Source: Thermoanaerobaculia bacterium (GTDB taxonomy: Bacteria; Acidobacteriota; Thermoanaerobaculia; UBA5066). From it: a stretch of DNA of 64,000 nucleotides. A program made the position numbers and the translations under genes. Shown here piece by piece: positions 41,689 to 52,104 of this stretch. The stretch is taken from assembly GCA_963816185.1 (NCBI GenBank), contig CAWFJJ010000025.1, positions 544,001-608,000 on the forward strand, given 5' to 3'. The first letter of the stretch is position 1, and each line of letters begins with the position of its first letter. The notes under the pieces are model-generated. The model saw only the letters and a list, made by a program, of their open reading frames with translations. It searched no databases and was not told the origin of the DNA.

Positions 41689-42189
41689 ATGCTCATCTTC
41701 GTCAGCCTTGCGGCGATCGGTCTCTTCCTGACCGCTGCCTCCGCGCTCCTCGGACACGATTTCGAGGCGCATCCCGAGCTCGAGGTAGGCGGGGTCGGGT
41801 TCATCAGCATGCGCGCGATGGCGATCTTCCTGCTGACGTTCGGGACCGTCGGCGCCCTCGGGCGGTGGCTCGAGAAGCCGCCCATCACGAGCTCCCTCTG
41901 GGGCCTTCTCGCCGGCGTCGGCACGTACGGCATCTACATCGCGGCCATGCAGCTCATCAGGTCCCAGCAGGCGAGCTCGCTCATCGAGGATCGCGAGCTC
42001 GTGGGCCTGACCGCCATGGTGACGGTCGCCATCCCCGCGGACGGCGTCGGAGAGGTGACGTGCCGGCTGAAGTCCCAGACGACGCGTCGGATGGCGCGGG
42101 CCAAGCACCCGCAGCCGATCGCCGAAGGTGCTCTCGTGAAGGTCACCGACCTGCACGGCGCGCTGCTGCTCGTCGAGCCCGTCACTTAG
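41689..42189 (+). CDS. NfeD-like membrane protein (C-terminal OB fold)
   Basis: Three TM segments, then LVGLTAMVTVAIP...GEV...IAEG...LLVEP; directly upstream of the SPFH gene. Confidence 0.82.
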   Translation: MLIFVSLAAIGLFLTAASALLGHDFEAHPELEVGGVGFISMRAMAIFLLTFGTVGALGRWLEKPPITSSLWGLLAGVGTYGIYIAAMQLIRSQQASSLIEDRELVGLTAMVTVAIPADGVGEVTCRLKSQTTRRMARAKHPQPIAEGALVKVTDLHGALLLVEPVT

Positions 42190-42210
42190 CTCTCCAAGGA
42201 GCCGCTTTCA

Positions 42211-43779
42211 ATGCCCAGCTTCATCCTTCCCGTTCTTCTCGTCCTCGTCGCGATCGTGCTTCTCGTCGTCCTGATGACGGCGGTCCGCAACTACATCAAG
42301 GTCCCACCGAACAAGGTGGCCGTCTTCTACGGGCGAAAGCACAAGACGCCCGACGGAAAGCTCGTCGGGTTCCGGCTCGTGACCGGGGGCGCGGGCTGGA
42401 AGTGGCCCGTCCTGGAGAACGTCACGTACCTCGACCTGAGCGTCTTCCCGATCGATCTCGACGTGCGGGACGTGCCGAACATCGACGGCGTTCTCGTGAG
42501 CGTCCAGGCGGTCGCGAACGTGAAGGTCCGCAGCGACGAGCAGTCGCTCACGGCGGCCGCGGAGCGTTTCCTGGGGTCGACACCCACCGAGATCAAGCAG
42601 ATCGCCTACAAGAACCTGGAAGGGCATCTGCGCTCCATCGTCGGCCGCCTCACCGTGGAGGAGATCGTCCGCGACCGATCGAAGTTCAATCAGGAGGTCC
42701 TGACGGAGGCGACGTCGGACCTCGCGAAGATCGGCCTCGGCGTCGACGTCCTCACGATCCAGAAGGTCAACGATTCCGAGGGCTACATCGAGGCGCTCGG
42801 GAAGAAACGGACCGCCGAGGTGAAGCGCGACGCGCAGATCGGCGAGGCGAACGCGGCGCGCGAGGCCACGATCCAGTCCACCACGTCTCTCCGGGAAGGC
42901 AAGGAGAAGGAGAACGAGAACCTCGCGCTCGTCGCGCTGGCCGAAAAGGAGCGGGACGTCCGCAAGGCGACGTACGAGGCGGACGTCCTCTCCCAGCAGG
43001 CCACGGCCAAGCAGTCGGGGCCGCTTGCCGACGCACGGGCCCGGCAGCAGGTCATCGAGCAGGAGGTGATGGTCGAGCTGATCCGGACGCGCAAGCAGAC
43101 GGAAGTCGCCGAGGCCGATGCCCTGAAGCGCGAGAAGCAGCTCCTCTCGGAGATCGTCAAGCCCTCCGAGGCGCAGAAGCAGCAGATCATCCTCCAGGCC
43201 GAAGCCTCCCGGCAGCGCGAGATTCTCGAGGCCGAGGGCAAGAAGTCCGCGATCATCGCGATCGCCGACGGCGAGAAGCAGCGGCTCGCGATGGAAGGCA
43301 TGGGCCAGGCCGACGCGCTGCGCGCGAAGCTCCTCGCCGAGGCGGAGGGGAACAAGGCGAAGCTCCTCGCCGAGGCCGAAGGAAACAAGGCCAAGCTCCT
43401 CGCCGAAGCCGAGGGAATCAAGGCGAAGCTGCTCGCCGAGGCCGAAGGAGCGCTCCGAAAAGCCGAGGCCTTCGCGAAGCTGGACGACTCTTCCCGGGCG
43501 CTTCTCGTCCTCGAAAGGTTCCCGGAGATCATCAAGGCTTTCGCCCCGGTCGCCAGCGCGGTCGCCGCCCCGCTCGGGAACATCGACAAGCTCGTCATGA
43601 TCGACTCGGGCGGGTCGGGAGACGGAAACAGCACGGTCAATCGTCTCGCGAGCACCGTTCCCACGACGATGTTCCAGGTCATGCAGGCGGCGCAGGCCTT
43701 GGGCCTCGACATGAGCGTCCTCCTGGGCAAGCTCGGGATCAAAGCGGAGGAAGAGACCAAGGGCGCGAAGAAAGCCTAG
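42211..43779 (+). CDS. Flotillin / SPFH domain protein
   Basis: N-terminal TM, LEGHLRSIVG, EA-rich coiled coil, NIDKLVMID. Confidence 0.92.
   Translation: MPSFILPVLLVLVAIVLLVVLMTAVRNYIKVPPNKVAVFYGRKHKTPDGKLVGFRLVTGGAGWKWPVLENVTYLDLSVFPIDLDVRDVPNIDGVLVSVQAVANVKVRSDEQSLTAAAERFLGSTPTEIKQIAYKNLEGHLRSIVGRLTVEEIVRDRSKFNQEVLTEATSDLAKIGLGVDVLTIQKVNDSEGYIEALGKKRTAEVKRDAQIGEANAAREATIQSTTSLREGKEKENENLALVALAEKERDVRKATYEADVLSQQATAKQSGPLADARARQQVIEQEVMVELIRTRKQTEVAEADALKREKQLLSEIVKPSEAQKQQIILQAEASRQREILEAEGKKSAIIAIADGEKQRLAMEGMGQADALRAKLLAEAEGNKAKLLAEAEGNKAKLLAEAEGIKAKLLAEAEGALRKAEAFAKLDDSSRALLVLERFPEIIKAFAPVASAVAAPLGNIDKLVMIDSGGSGDGNSTVNRLASTVPTTMFQVMQAAQALGLDMSVLLGKLGIKAEEETKGAKKA
43324..43449 (+). repeat. 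Four 33-bp coding repeats (AKLLAEAEGxK) in flotillin
   Basis: Seen directly in both DNA and translation. Confidence 0.85.
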
Positions 43780-43819
43780 GAAGGCGCACGCGGCAGCCGA
43801 AGGCCGCTAGAATCCTCTC

Positions 43820-44362
43820 GTGCCGATGCCTTTCGCTTTCACTTTCGCTCTCGTGTTCGCTCTCGCGGCGCCCCCTTCGCCGATTCCAGGCGTGCCGTTC
43901 CCCCCCGGAGGAGAGATCGACCCCGTTCTCACGCAGGTCTTCACCGACCGCGCCGCAGTCGAGACGCGTCAGGCGCTGGCTCGCCTCGACGCCGACACGT
44001 CGCGAACCGCGGTCGAAAAAGCCGAGCTGAAGAAGCGGCTCGCAAAGCTCAAGATCGCGGTGTTCACGACGCCGAGGTCGCTGGACGAAAGCGTCGCCTC
44101 TTACGAGCGCCTGCTCCCGCAATCGCGCTTCATCTTCGCCGAGCGCAATCTCGAGGCCGACCTCAGGGACGGCATGAAGAGCGGCGCGATCCAGGCGGAC
44201 GCGGCGGCGGTCGCGAAAGCCGTGGGCCAGAGAGGGAGGTCCGCGCGCTGGAACCGCGCGGACGGCGCCCTCGAAATCGACATCGAGGACCACCTCATCG
44301 ATCCGCGAACGGGCGCGATTTCCGAAAAGACGATCGTCCTCGTCACCTCGTTGGGGGATTGA
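43820..44362 (+). CDS. Hypothetical exported protein
   Basis: Signal-peptide-like N-terminus, host-like codon bias, TAGAAT 6 nt upstream. Confidence 0.7.
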   Translation: MPMPFAFTFALVFALAAPPSPIPGVPFPPGGEIDPVLTQVFTDRAAVETRQALARLDADTSRTAVEKAELKKRLAKLKIAVFTTPRSLDESVASYERLLPQSRFIFAERNLEADLRDGMKSGAIQADAAAVAKAVGQRGRSARWNRADGALEIDIEDHLIDPRTGAISEKTIVLVTSLGD

Positions 44363-44401
44363 CGTTGCGCAGTCGAAGCCGGGCCGGCATTTGCGCGGGG
44401 T

Positions 44402-46573
44402 CTATTGGAAGTAGCCGTTCACGTCGACGATGACGTGAACCGGGCCGGAGGCATCGTTGAAGATCCCGACCTTTCCTGTCCCGTCACGCGAAAGCTCGAG
44501 CATGGCGTTGTTCGCCCGCGTCTGCCCCGCCCGGAAGCTGATCGTGCTCGCGACCGGGACCGCGACGTCTCCGGGGTAGGCGGTCAGCGATCCCGCGGCC
44601 GCGGGCCCCGTGACCGTCACGTTGACGGAAAGAGAGGTCGCCGTCATCGGAATGCCGCACCTTCCCTCGTGCGAAAACACGCGCGAGGAGGCCGCCGCCA
44701 GCGCCGGTGACGCGGCGTCGGGCCCGATCGGATTCCGCGTGTCGAAGAGCCGGCAAGGGGGGAGGGTGTAGAAGGACGAGGCGGCCGGGCTCCCGCTTCC
44801 GCCCGTCCCGGGGTTCCCGCTCGACGGGCCGTTCACCGGCCCTCTGCTCATGCGCGACACGTCGAAGAGAAACGTCTGGTTGCCCTGAGAGCTGCCGTAC
44901 CCGATCACCCGCTCGTCCGTGTACGTATTCCCTGCCGCGTCGACGTACGTCACGTCCACGATTCCCGGATCGGAATCGACGGATGCCGTCGCCGGATGCG
45001 ACGCGCTCGCCCACGGCGGAGCCGCAAGAAAAACGCCGTTCACGACGGGAACGGGTGGCCCGTCCGGAAAGCCCCTGTGATTCAGGGAGATGACTCCGCC
45101 GTTCGCGCCGACGACTCCTCCGAACACGCCGGCGGCATTGCGCAGCGGGGCCCCGATGATCTGATAGGAGTCGTGCGTGACGGTCGTTCCCGCGGTGAAT
45201 TGGACGCTCAGGCGGTACAGGTCGAAAGGCAGGACGCTCGTCGCGTACGTGGAGGGATCGCCGCCGGGCCAGGGAAGATTCGTGGCTTGCGTCGTGAGGT
45301 TCACCTCATCGCTCCCGAACCCGAAGAATGCGGGCGGGTTGTCGGTTGGCGCGATCTGGAGCCCCTTCTGCCAGACGACGTCGCCGCGGCTCGTGCGCAG
45401 CGTCGCCGTTCCCAGCGAGCCGTTCAGGTCGTAATAGACATAAGTGCCCGCGCTGTTGGTGTAGACCCAATCCGAGCCGTTCGAGAACGTCTCGTAGAGG
45501 AACGTCCGGTTGAAGATGAAATAGTCCCCGGACCACGGGTAGCGCTGCGTCTGGAGCCACACCTTCTTGCCGGGGTGATCCGCGCAGTCGAAGATGTGCT
45601 GCTCGTCGATCCATTGCGCCGCGGACCGGCCCTCGATGACCGGCGCGACCGTCCGGATGATGTCCACGACGAGGTCACGCGACATGGTCAGGTGAGGATC
45701 GGCGTTGAGACGGCGATAGAACTCGGCGTTGAAGGCCCGATGAAAGCCCGGGTGCTCCCACTCGATCTTCGCGATGGCCGCGGCCGCCACCTCGTATCGA
45801 GTCCAATAGAGGAGCATTCCTCCCGAGTCGCTCCAGAAGTTCGTCGTCCCGAGCTCCGGCACGTTCTGGAAGTCGTAATCCCATTCGTGGCTCGACTCGT
45901 AGATTTGCTGGGAGAGTCCGAACGAAGGGAAGCGGCGCGCGAATTCCGTCATCGCCTCGTAAGAGACGGCCTGGGCGAAACCCTCCTCGAAGCCGTTCAG
46001 CGTGGCGTCGTACTGCCACGAGGGACCGCTGCTCAGGACCCGGTCGCGGCGAAAGGCGTGCACGAGCTCGTGCGTGAGCAGCTGGTACGTGACGGTGTCT
46101 CCGAGGTGGATCTCGTCGACCGAGGGAAAAAAGACCGCCGACGCGGTGTATCGGAGGTCGCGAATGACGGTCAGGGTGTACGAAGTGGCCGGCGGGCCGT
46201 ACAGGTCGGAGAGCACGGGCAGCATCTGATCCAGGAAGGCGCTGAGTGCAGCTACTTTCTGCGGCGGCCAGGTCGAGGTCTCCGTGCCGTCGGCGGCGAA
46301 GCCGGTCGAGGCGAAGGTGTACTTGATCTGGTTGCCGGCCTCGCCGTAGATCGTCGGTGCCGTGTCGGCCGCACGCCGAACCTGCTGGAGAGAGCCGGGC
46401 GCCGATCCCGACAGCGTGGGTCGCGTGATCCAGACTTCGCGGTCCACCGCCTCGCGGAGGATCGGCGTCTCGTGCGGGCCGACCTCCGCACGTGCCGTCC
46501 CGGCAGATCCGGCGGCCAGGAGAGCCGCGGCCAGGGCGGCGAAACGGAAGGAGGTCTTGGTGCGGGTGTCCAT
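44402..46573 (-). CDS. Exported gluzincin-type metallopeptidase with C-terminal 'PCRLFDTR' domain
   Basis: Signal peptide (ARA), THELVH plus FEEGFA; C-terminal YTLPPCRLFDTR...HVIVDVNGYFQ. Confidence 0.8.
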   Translation of the reverse strand: MDTRTKTSFRFAALAAALLAAGSAGTARAEVGPHETPILREAVDREVWITRPTLSGSAPGSLQQVRRAADTAPTIYGEAGNQIKYTFASTGFAADGTETSTWPPQKVAALSAFLDQMLPVLSDLYGPPATSYTLTVIRDLRYTASAVFFPSVDEIHLGDTVTYQLLTHELVHAFRRDRVLSSGPSWQYDATLNGFEEGFAQAVSYEAMTEFARRFPSFGLSQQIYESSHEWDYDFQNVPELGTTNFWSDSGGMLLYWTRYEVAAAAIAKIEWEHPGFHRAFNAEFYRRLNADPHLTMSRDLVVDIIRTVAPVIEGRSAAQWIDEQHIFDCADHPGKKVWLQTQRYPWSGDYFIFNRTFLYETFSNGSDWVYTNSAGTYVYYDLNGSLGTATLRTSRGDVVWQKGLQIAPTDNPPAFFGFGSDEVNLTTQATNLPWPGGDPSTYATSVLPFDLYRLSVQFTAGTTVTHDSYQIIGAPLRNAAGVFGGVVGANGGVISLNHRGFPDGPPVPVVNGVFLAAPPWASASHPATASVDSDPGIVDVTYVDAAGNTYTDERVIGYGSSQGNQTFLFDVSRMSRGPVNGPSSGNPGTGGSGSPAASSFYTLPPCRLFDTRNPIGPDAASPALAAASSRVFSHEGRCGIPMTATSLSVNVTVTGPAAAGSLTAYPGDVAVPVASTISFRAGQTRANNAMLELSRDGTGKVGIFNDASGPVHVIVDVNGYFQ

Positions 46574-46608
46574 TGGCTTTTGCGAGCTGCAGTCGCTGCG
46601 GGACACGT

Positions 46609-46624
46609 TGCAACCGCGGAACCA
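46609..46624 (-). promoter_or_regulatory. Candidate sigma54 -24/-12 promoter
   Basis: Minus strand TGGTTCCGCGGTTGCA (GG-N10-GC); GTGTCAGA repeats at 46697 and 46720 upstream. Confidence 0.4.
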
Positions 46625-46787
46625 TGAGGAATCTCAAGGGGATGCGGAGACTTCGTTGGAAACACGGCACTTAGCGCCCGCCTCAAAACTCGAAATGTGT
46701 CAGAGCCGTGGCGCACACGGTGTCAGACACAGCTCAGAGACAGCGGGGCAGGTCCGTCGTCAGGAGGAGCGAGCGGCGTGAGGCTCT

Positions 46788-47363
46788 TCAGCCCTCGGCA
46801 GATGGGCCGCCGTCGGCGCGCTTCGACTGATAGTGGCGGAAGACCTGCCAGGCGCCGAAGGCGACGAGGAGGATCGGCCACCAGTCGTCCAGGAAGGACA
46901 GGTCGATCGTCACGAATCGGTCGAGGAGCAGGAACCCCCCGATCAGGATCAGGAGAAGACCTGCCGTGAGGCTTCCGCTCACGCGCACCGGCTCGTCGGA
47001 GCCGAGGATGTTCGCTTCCGGCCGGCCCGTCATGTTGATCGCCTTGGCCTGGCGCACCGCGTCGATGATCGAGAAGACCATCCAGAACGGAATGGCAATC
47101 CCCGGAAACGGCCCGTGGGAGTGTCCAGCGAGCGAGATGAAGAGGACCCAGACGCCGAAGAGGATCGCGGCGCGTTGGTAGAGGCCGAGATAGAGGTGCC
47201 CCATCCCCGGAATGATCCCGAGTGCGCCCGCGGCGCCGGGATTCTTCGGGAGCGGCGGAGCCGGCAACGCGCCCGCGGGAGAGAAGGCGACGGGGGGCGG
47301 CGGCGGCGCCTGTGAAAGCGACGCCGCGTTCGGTGGCTGCGGGTTCGTACTCGTGTCGTTCAT
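46788..47363 (-). CDS. Membrane protein with LiaI/LiaF-like (DUF5668-type) domain
   Basis: KNPGAAGALGIIPGMGHLYLG; GLLLILIGGFLLL...WWPILLV. Confidence 0.75.
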   Translation of the reverse strand: MNDTSTNPQPPNAASLSQAPPPPPVAFSPAGALPAPPLPKNPGAAGALGIIPGMGHLYLGLYQRAAILFGVWVLFISLAGHSHGPFPGIAIPFWMVFSIIDAVRQAKAINMTGRPEANILGSDEPVRVSGSLTAGLLLILIGGFLLLDRFVTIDLSFLDDWWPILLVAFGAWQVFRHYQSKRADGGPSAEG

Positions 47364-47377
47364 CGTTTCACCTGTCG

Positions 47378-48157
47378 TCAGGAACGTCGAAAGGGCTCGG
47401 AAGGTTCCGGCTTGTCGTGCGAGGCTTGCAGCGCGTCGACCGTCCCGCCGAAGAGCTTCTCGAAGACGAGCTGCGAATAGGCGACGGCGCGGGCGCGCGC
47501 CTCGGCGAACGCGCGATAAACGCGGTAGTCGAGCCGCTTCGTGATCGGGGCGGCCGCCCGGCCGAGGGCGCTGTCGTCGAAGCGGTTGACCGCGGCGATG
47601 CGCGCTTCGGTCAGTGCGCGCTCGCCCGCGGACGTCAGGTCGTTCGCCGCGCCGCGGGCCGCCGACATCGGATCGACGCGCAGGAGCGCGACGATCAGGA
47701 ACGTCGCCGCGTACGCGGCCGCGACGGCGAACCGCCAGTCGGTCACGATGGGCTTCAGCCGTCCGAAGACGCGCCGTCGCACGTTCGGCGCGGCGCTCGA
47801 AGGCGCGGGGCGGGGGATGGCGAGCAGCTGCCTCAGGAACGTGCGAGAAGGTTCCGGACGCGCGAGCGTTCCCGGGGTGAGGAACGACAGAACTTCCGAG
47901 GCCTCCTGGCGAGCACGAACGTCGGCCGGAGTCTCCGCGAGGCGCGAGAGAAACTCGGGCGAGGGCTCGGGACACGCGAGGAACGCGAACACCCTCGCGT
48001 GCTCCGCGACGAGCGTCGCGAGAAGAGCGCACTCGGCGCATTCCACGGCGTGCGCGTCGGCGCCCGCGAGGGCACGGGCCGCCGCGGCCGCGCTCTCGCC
48101 GGAGAGGTCGAGGGCCTCGCCGAGGCGCTGCTCGAAGGCGCGACAGGCCGCGCTCAT
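47378..48157 (-). CDS. Putative zinc-finger anti-sigma factor
   Basis: C...HAVECAEC (HxxxCxxC), TM helix; ATGA overlap with the ECF sigma stop. Confidence 0.78.
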   Translation of the reverse strand: MSAACRAFEQRLGEALDLSGESAAAAARALAGADAHAVECAECALLATLVAEHARVFAFLACPEPSPEFLSRLAETPADVRARQEASEVLSFLTPGTLARPEPSRTFLRQLLAIPRPAPSSAAPNVRRRVFGRLKPIVTDWRFAVAAAYAATFLIVALLRVDPMSAARGAANDLTSAGERALTEARIAAVNRFDDSALGRAAAPITKRLDYRVYRAFAEARARAVAYSQLVFEKLFGGTVDALQASHDKPEPSEPFRRS

Positions 48158-48795
48158 CGCGCTCCTCCCGTGGCCGTCGAGACGCGCGGGCCGAAGGGCG
48201 AGTAAAGAGATTTTCCGTCTCCCGTCGAGGCCCCGACGCGTCCCCTCACGACGCGTGCCAGCTCGATCCGCGCGCGGTTCAGACGCGACTTCACCGTGCC
48301 GTCGGCCAGCTTCAGGAGGTCGCCGATCTCGCGATAATCGAGGCCGTCGAGGTCGCGCAGGATCACGACCTCGGCAAGCTCGTCGGGCAGCTCGGAGATC
48401 GCGTCGAGCAGCATTCTCACGCGCTCGCGGCGCACGGCGTCCGCCTGCGGGTCGTCGGTTGCCGGAAGAAGAGCCGCGACGGCGTCGTCGGAGAGGAACG
48501 CGAACCCCTTCTCCCTTTTTCTCCTCCTGTAGTGATCGATGCACAGGTTTCGCGAGAGCGCCGCGATCCAGGCGAGAAGCGAGGCTTCGGTCGGCTCGTA
48601 GCGGTCGAGGTTCTGCCAGACCTTGAGGAAACAGTCCTGCGTCAGCTCCTCGGCTTCCGCGCGGTCGTACGTCATGTGCCAGGCGATCCCGTAGACTTTT
48701 TTTCCATAGGAGGCGACGAGGTCTGCCCAGGCGCCCTCATCCCCCCTTTGGCAGCGGGCCACGAGCTCGGCATCGGGGTGAGGCTCTTCGGGCAT
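48154..48795 (-). CDS. ECF RNA polymerase sigma factor
   Basis: AEELTQDCFLKVW, NLCIDHYR, YREIG...GTVKSRLNRAR. Confidence 0.93.
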   Translation of the reverse strand: MPEEPHPDAELVARCQRGDEGAWADLVASYGKKVYGIAWHMTYDRAEAEELTQDCFLKVWQNLDRYEPTEASLLAWIAALSRNLCIDHYRRRKREKGFAFLSDDAVAALLPATDDPQADAVRRERVRMLLDAISELPDELAEVVILRDLDGLDYREIGDLLKLADGTVKSRLNRARIELARVVRGRVGASTGDGKSLYSPFGPRVSTATGGAR

Positions 48796-48812
48796 CGGTC
48801 CTCGAATCGGTG

Positions 48813-48839
48813 TAACGAGAAAGCGGCCGGATCGGTTCC
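48813..48839 (-). promoter_or_regulatory. ECF-type autoregulatory promoter
   Basis: Minus strand GGAACC-N16-CGTTA directly upstream of the sigma gene. Confidence 0.7.
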
Positions 48840-48891
48840 GGCGCCGCTAAGTCTATAATCGCCAAGAGTTCCGAAGGAGAGCAGGAAGTCG

Positions 48892-49509
48892 ATGCGGAGT
48901 ATTTCCGTCCGTTTTGGGCTTCTTTTGCTGCTGGCGTCGCGCCCAGCCGCGGCGCAGGACCAGCCTCCCCCCGCGCCCGTCGCCGCCCCGACGCCCGCTG
49001 CGGCCGCTCCCGCCCCCGCCACGACGGGTCCCGCCCCGGCCGCGGCGGCCGCCTCGCCGGCCTGGCGGCCTTTCCAGGAGCTCGCTTTTCTCGTCGGCTC
49101 GTGGTCGGGCAGCGCGGAGTCCGGCACGCGCGTCGGCGGGCGCGTCGCGCGCTTCACGCCGCAATTCAACGGGAATTACCTCGTCCACCGCGGAAGCACG
49201 ATCCTCACGTCGGACGACGGCAAGGAGGAGACGATCGAGGAGGTGGGCTATTTCGCGTACGATCGGGAGAAGAGGAGGTACGTCGCCTCGTATTTCTTTT
49301 CCACCGGTATCAGCGCCACGTTCGACGTCGTGATCGCGCCCGAGGGCGTGCGCCTCGCGTCGCGCGAGCTCCTGAACGCGGAGGCCGGGACGAAGGCGCG
49401 GATGCTTTTTTCGCCGAAGAGCGACGGCGAGCTCACTCTGTCGATGGATCTTGCGCCGGGAGGGAAGGATTTCGTGCCTTTCCTCACGAGCAGCCTTCGG
49501 AAGAAGTAG
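48892..49509 (+). CDS. Hypothetical exported beta-barrel protein
   Basis: Signal peptide, Pro/Ala linker, LAFLVGSWSG; TATAAT and SD upstream. Confidence 0.72.
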   Translation: MRSISVRFGLLLLLASRPAAAQDQPPPAPVAAPTPAAAAPAPATTGPAPAAAAASPAWRPFQELAFLVGSWSGSAESGTRVGGRVARFTPQFNGNYLVHRGSTILTSDDGKEETIEEVGYFAYDREKRRYVASYFFSTGISATFDVVIAPEGVRLASRELLNAEAGTKARMLFSPKSDGELTLSMDLAPGGKDFVPFLTSSLRKK

Positions 49510-49595
49510 GGTTCATCGGAAAAACGGCGGTCTGGTAACCTGCAAGACCCGCGAGGCGGCCATTTTCGTGGCCCCGCGTTCCGAAAGCAGGCCTC

Positions 49596-51434
49596 ATGTC
49601 CGGACTTCGCAACATCGCGATCATCGCGCACGTCGACCATGGCAAGACCACGCTCGTGGACTGCCTCCTGAAGCAGTCGGGTACGTTCCGTGCGAACGAG
49701 GCGATGTCCGGCGCCGAGCGGATCATGGACAGCAACGACCTCGAGAGGGAGCGCGGGATCACGATCCTCGCGAAGAACACGTCCATCCACTACCACGGCA
49801 CGAAGATCAACATCGTCGACACGCCGGGCCACAGCGACTTCGGCGGCGAAGTGGAGCGCGTCCTCAAGATGGTGGACGCGGTGCTCCTCGTCGTGGACGC
49901 GGCCGAGGGCACGATGCCTCAGACGCGCTTCGTCCTGCGCAAGGCGTTCGAGCTGGGGCTGAAACCCCTCGTCGTCGTGAACAAGATCGACCGGCCGGAC
50001 GCGCGGCCGCATCAGGTCATCGACGAGGTGTTCGACCTGATGGTCGACCTCGGCGCCACGGACGCGCAGCTCGACTTCCCGATCATCTACACGTCCGCCA
50101 AGCACGGCTTCGCGCGCCGCGAGGTGGACCACACGGAGACGGACGTGCGGCCGCTCCTCGACGCGATTCTCGTGGAGGTGCCGGAGCCCGGCGGAGACCC
50201 GGCCGCCCCGCTGCAGATCCTCGTGGCGTCGCTGGACTACGACAACTACCTCGGCCGGCTCCTCATCGGCCGCATCGTGAACGGGACGGCGAAGCCGGGG
50301 CAGCAGATCTCGGTCTGCAAGCTCGACGGCACCGTCACGAAGGCCAAAATCGCGATGCTGATGGCGTTCGAAGGGCTGAGACGCGTCGAGGTCGAGGAGG
50401 CTCACGCCGGCGACCTCGTCGTCATCTCCGGCATCGACGAGGTCACGATCGGCGAGACGCTGGCCGACCTGGAGAATCCCGTCGCCCTCGCGCCCATCGC
50501 CGTCGACGAGCCGACCGTCTCCATGACGTTCCGCGTGAACGACTCGCCGTTCGCCGGCCGGGAGGGCAAGTACGTCACGAGCCGAAACCTCGGCGAGCGC
50601 CTCCAGAAGGAGCTTCGCACGAACGTCGCGATGCGCGTCGAGGGCACGGACAGCCCCGACGCCTTCCGAGTCTCGGGCCGCGGCGAGCTGCACCTCGCGA
50701 TCACGGTCGAGATGATGCGCCGCGAGGGATACGAGTTCGCGCTCTCACGCCCCCAGGTCATCCTCAAGGAGGTCGACTCTCAGACGTGCGAGCCGATCGA
50801 GGAGCTCGTCGTCGACGTGCCGGAAGTCGCGATGGGCACCGTCATCGAGAAGCTCGGCCAGCGCAAGGCCGAGATGACGAACATGACGAATCACGGCTCG
50901 GGACGCGTGAAGATCGAGTTCAAGATCCCGACGCGCGGCCTCTTCGGGTACCGCAACGAGTTCCTCACGGACACGAAGGGCGAGGGCCTCCTGTACCACG
51001 TCTTCCACGGCTACGAGCCGTTCAAGGGCGAGGTCACGGGCCGCGGGCGGGGCGCTCTCGTGTGCAAGGAGGCGGGAGAGACGACCGCGCACTCCCTCGA
51101 GCGGCTCGAGGAGCGTTCGACGCTCTTCCTGTCGCCCGGAGTCGAGGTCTACGGCGGGATGATCTGCGGCGAGAGTGCGCGGGAGAACGACCTCGTCGTG
51201 AACCCCTGCGTCAAGAAGCACCTCACGAACATGCGTTCGTCCAACTCGGACTTCGCGATCCGCCTCACGCCTCCGCGGCCGATGCCTCTCGAGCTCGCCA
51301 TCGGGTGGATCGAGGACGACGAGCTCGTCGAGGTGACGCCGAAGTCCGTGAGGCTGAGAAAGCGCATCCTCGACCATACCCAGCGGCGCGTCTCCGAGAA
51401 GAGGAGCGCGGTCGTGGAAGAGGAGGAGGCGTGA
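49596..51434 (+). CDS. typA: Translational GTPase TypA/BipA
   Basis: [50 protein letters not shown]. Confidence 0.97.
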   Translation: MSGLRNIAIIAHVDHGKTTLVDCLLKQSGTFRANEAMSGAERIMDSNDLERERGITILAKNTSIHYHGTKINIVDTPGHSDFGGEVERVLKMVDAVLLVVDAAEGTMPQTRFVLRKAFELGLKPLVVVNKIDRPDARPHQVIDEVFDLMVDLGATDAQLDFPIIYTSAKHGFARREVDHTETDVRPLLDAILVEVPEPGGDPAAPLQILVASLDYDNYLGRLLIGRIVNGTAKPGQQISVCKLDGTVTKAKIAMLMAFEGLRRVEVEEAHAGDLVVISGIDEVTIGETLADLENPVALAPIAVDEPTVSMTFRVNDSPFAGREGKYVTSRNLGERLQKELRTNVAMRVEGTDSPDAFRVSGRGELHLAITVEMMRREGYEFALSRPQVILKEVDSQTCEPIEELVVDVPEVAMGTVIEKLGQRKAEMTNMTNHGSGRVKIEFKIPTRGLFGYRNEFLTDTKGEGLLYHVFHGYEPFKGEVTGRGRGALVCKEAGETTAHSLERLEERSTLFLSPGVEVYGGMICGESARENDLVVNPCVKKHLTNMRSSNSDFAIRLTPPRPMPLELAIGWIEDDELVEVTPKSVRLRKRILDHTQRRVSEKRSAVVEEEEA

Positions 51435-52093
51435 GCGCTCGCCGGGCGGTTGCCGCAGTCTGCCTGCTTCTCGCGCGGCCTCTCGTCGCCGACGGGGGCC
51501 GTGCCGCGGAGGTCGCCGCCTGGCTCACGGGCACGTTCGAGCTGAAGAGCGAGAGGTCGGACGGAGCGCCCGAGGCGGTCCGGGTCGTCGTCGTGGCCGT
51601 GCCGAGGAGCCGGATCGCGAACGGTTCTCTCGTCCTCTATCGCGAGCAGGCCGCCGCGCCGAAGCTCGACGAGCCGTCCCAGCAGCGTTTCTACCGCCTC
51701 GAAGACGCCGGAGATACGGTCCGCATGCGCGCGTTCGACCCGAAGGACCCCATCGTCGTGCGCGGCAAATGGCGAGATCCTTCTGCTCTCGCTCTTTACG
51801 GCGCGAGCGACGTGCGCGAGAGGCCAGGCTGCACGCTGCTGCTCAAGAAAAAGGGCGACCTCTGGGAAGGCGAGACGCCGGGCACGGACTGCCCCTCGAC
51901 CGTGAAGACCGCGGCGACGGTGAGGTCCGTCTTGATCCTCGCGCAGGACGGCTTCACCCAGTGGGACCGGGGATTCGACGAAAAGGGTCAGCAGACGTGG
52001 GAGTCCCCGGAAGGCGGCATGCGGTTCCTGAAGAGATCGATGAACGCGCCCGTGGACGAAAAGCTCATCGAGCGTCCGGTCGGGCGCCGCTGA
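51431..52093 (+). CDS. CpcT/CpeT chromophore lyase family protein
   Basis: LYREQA...QRFYRL, RPGC, GTDCPS, WDRGFD..G.QTW; GTG overlaps the typA stop. Confidence 0.78.
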   Translation: MSARRAVAAVCLLLARPLVADGGRAAEVAAWLTGTFELKSERSDGAPEAVRVVVVAVPRSRIANGSLVLYREQAAAPKLDEPSQQRFYRLEDAGDTVRMRAFDPKDPIVVRGKWRDPSALALYGASDVRERPGCTLLLKKKGDLWEGETPGTDCPSTVKTAATVRSVLILAQDGFTQWDRGFDEKGQQTWESPEGGMRFLKRSMNAPVDEKLIERPVGRR

Positions 52094-52104
52094 AGTCGCG
52101 CCGT

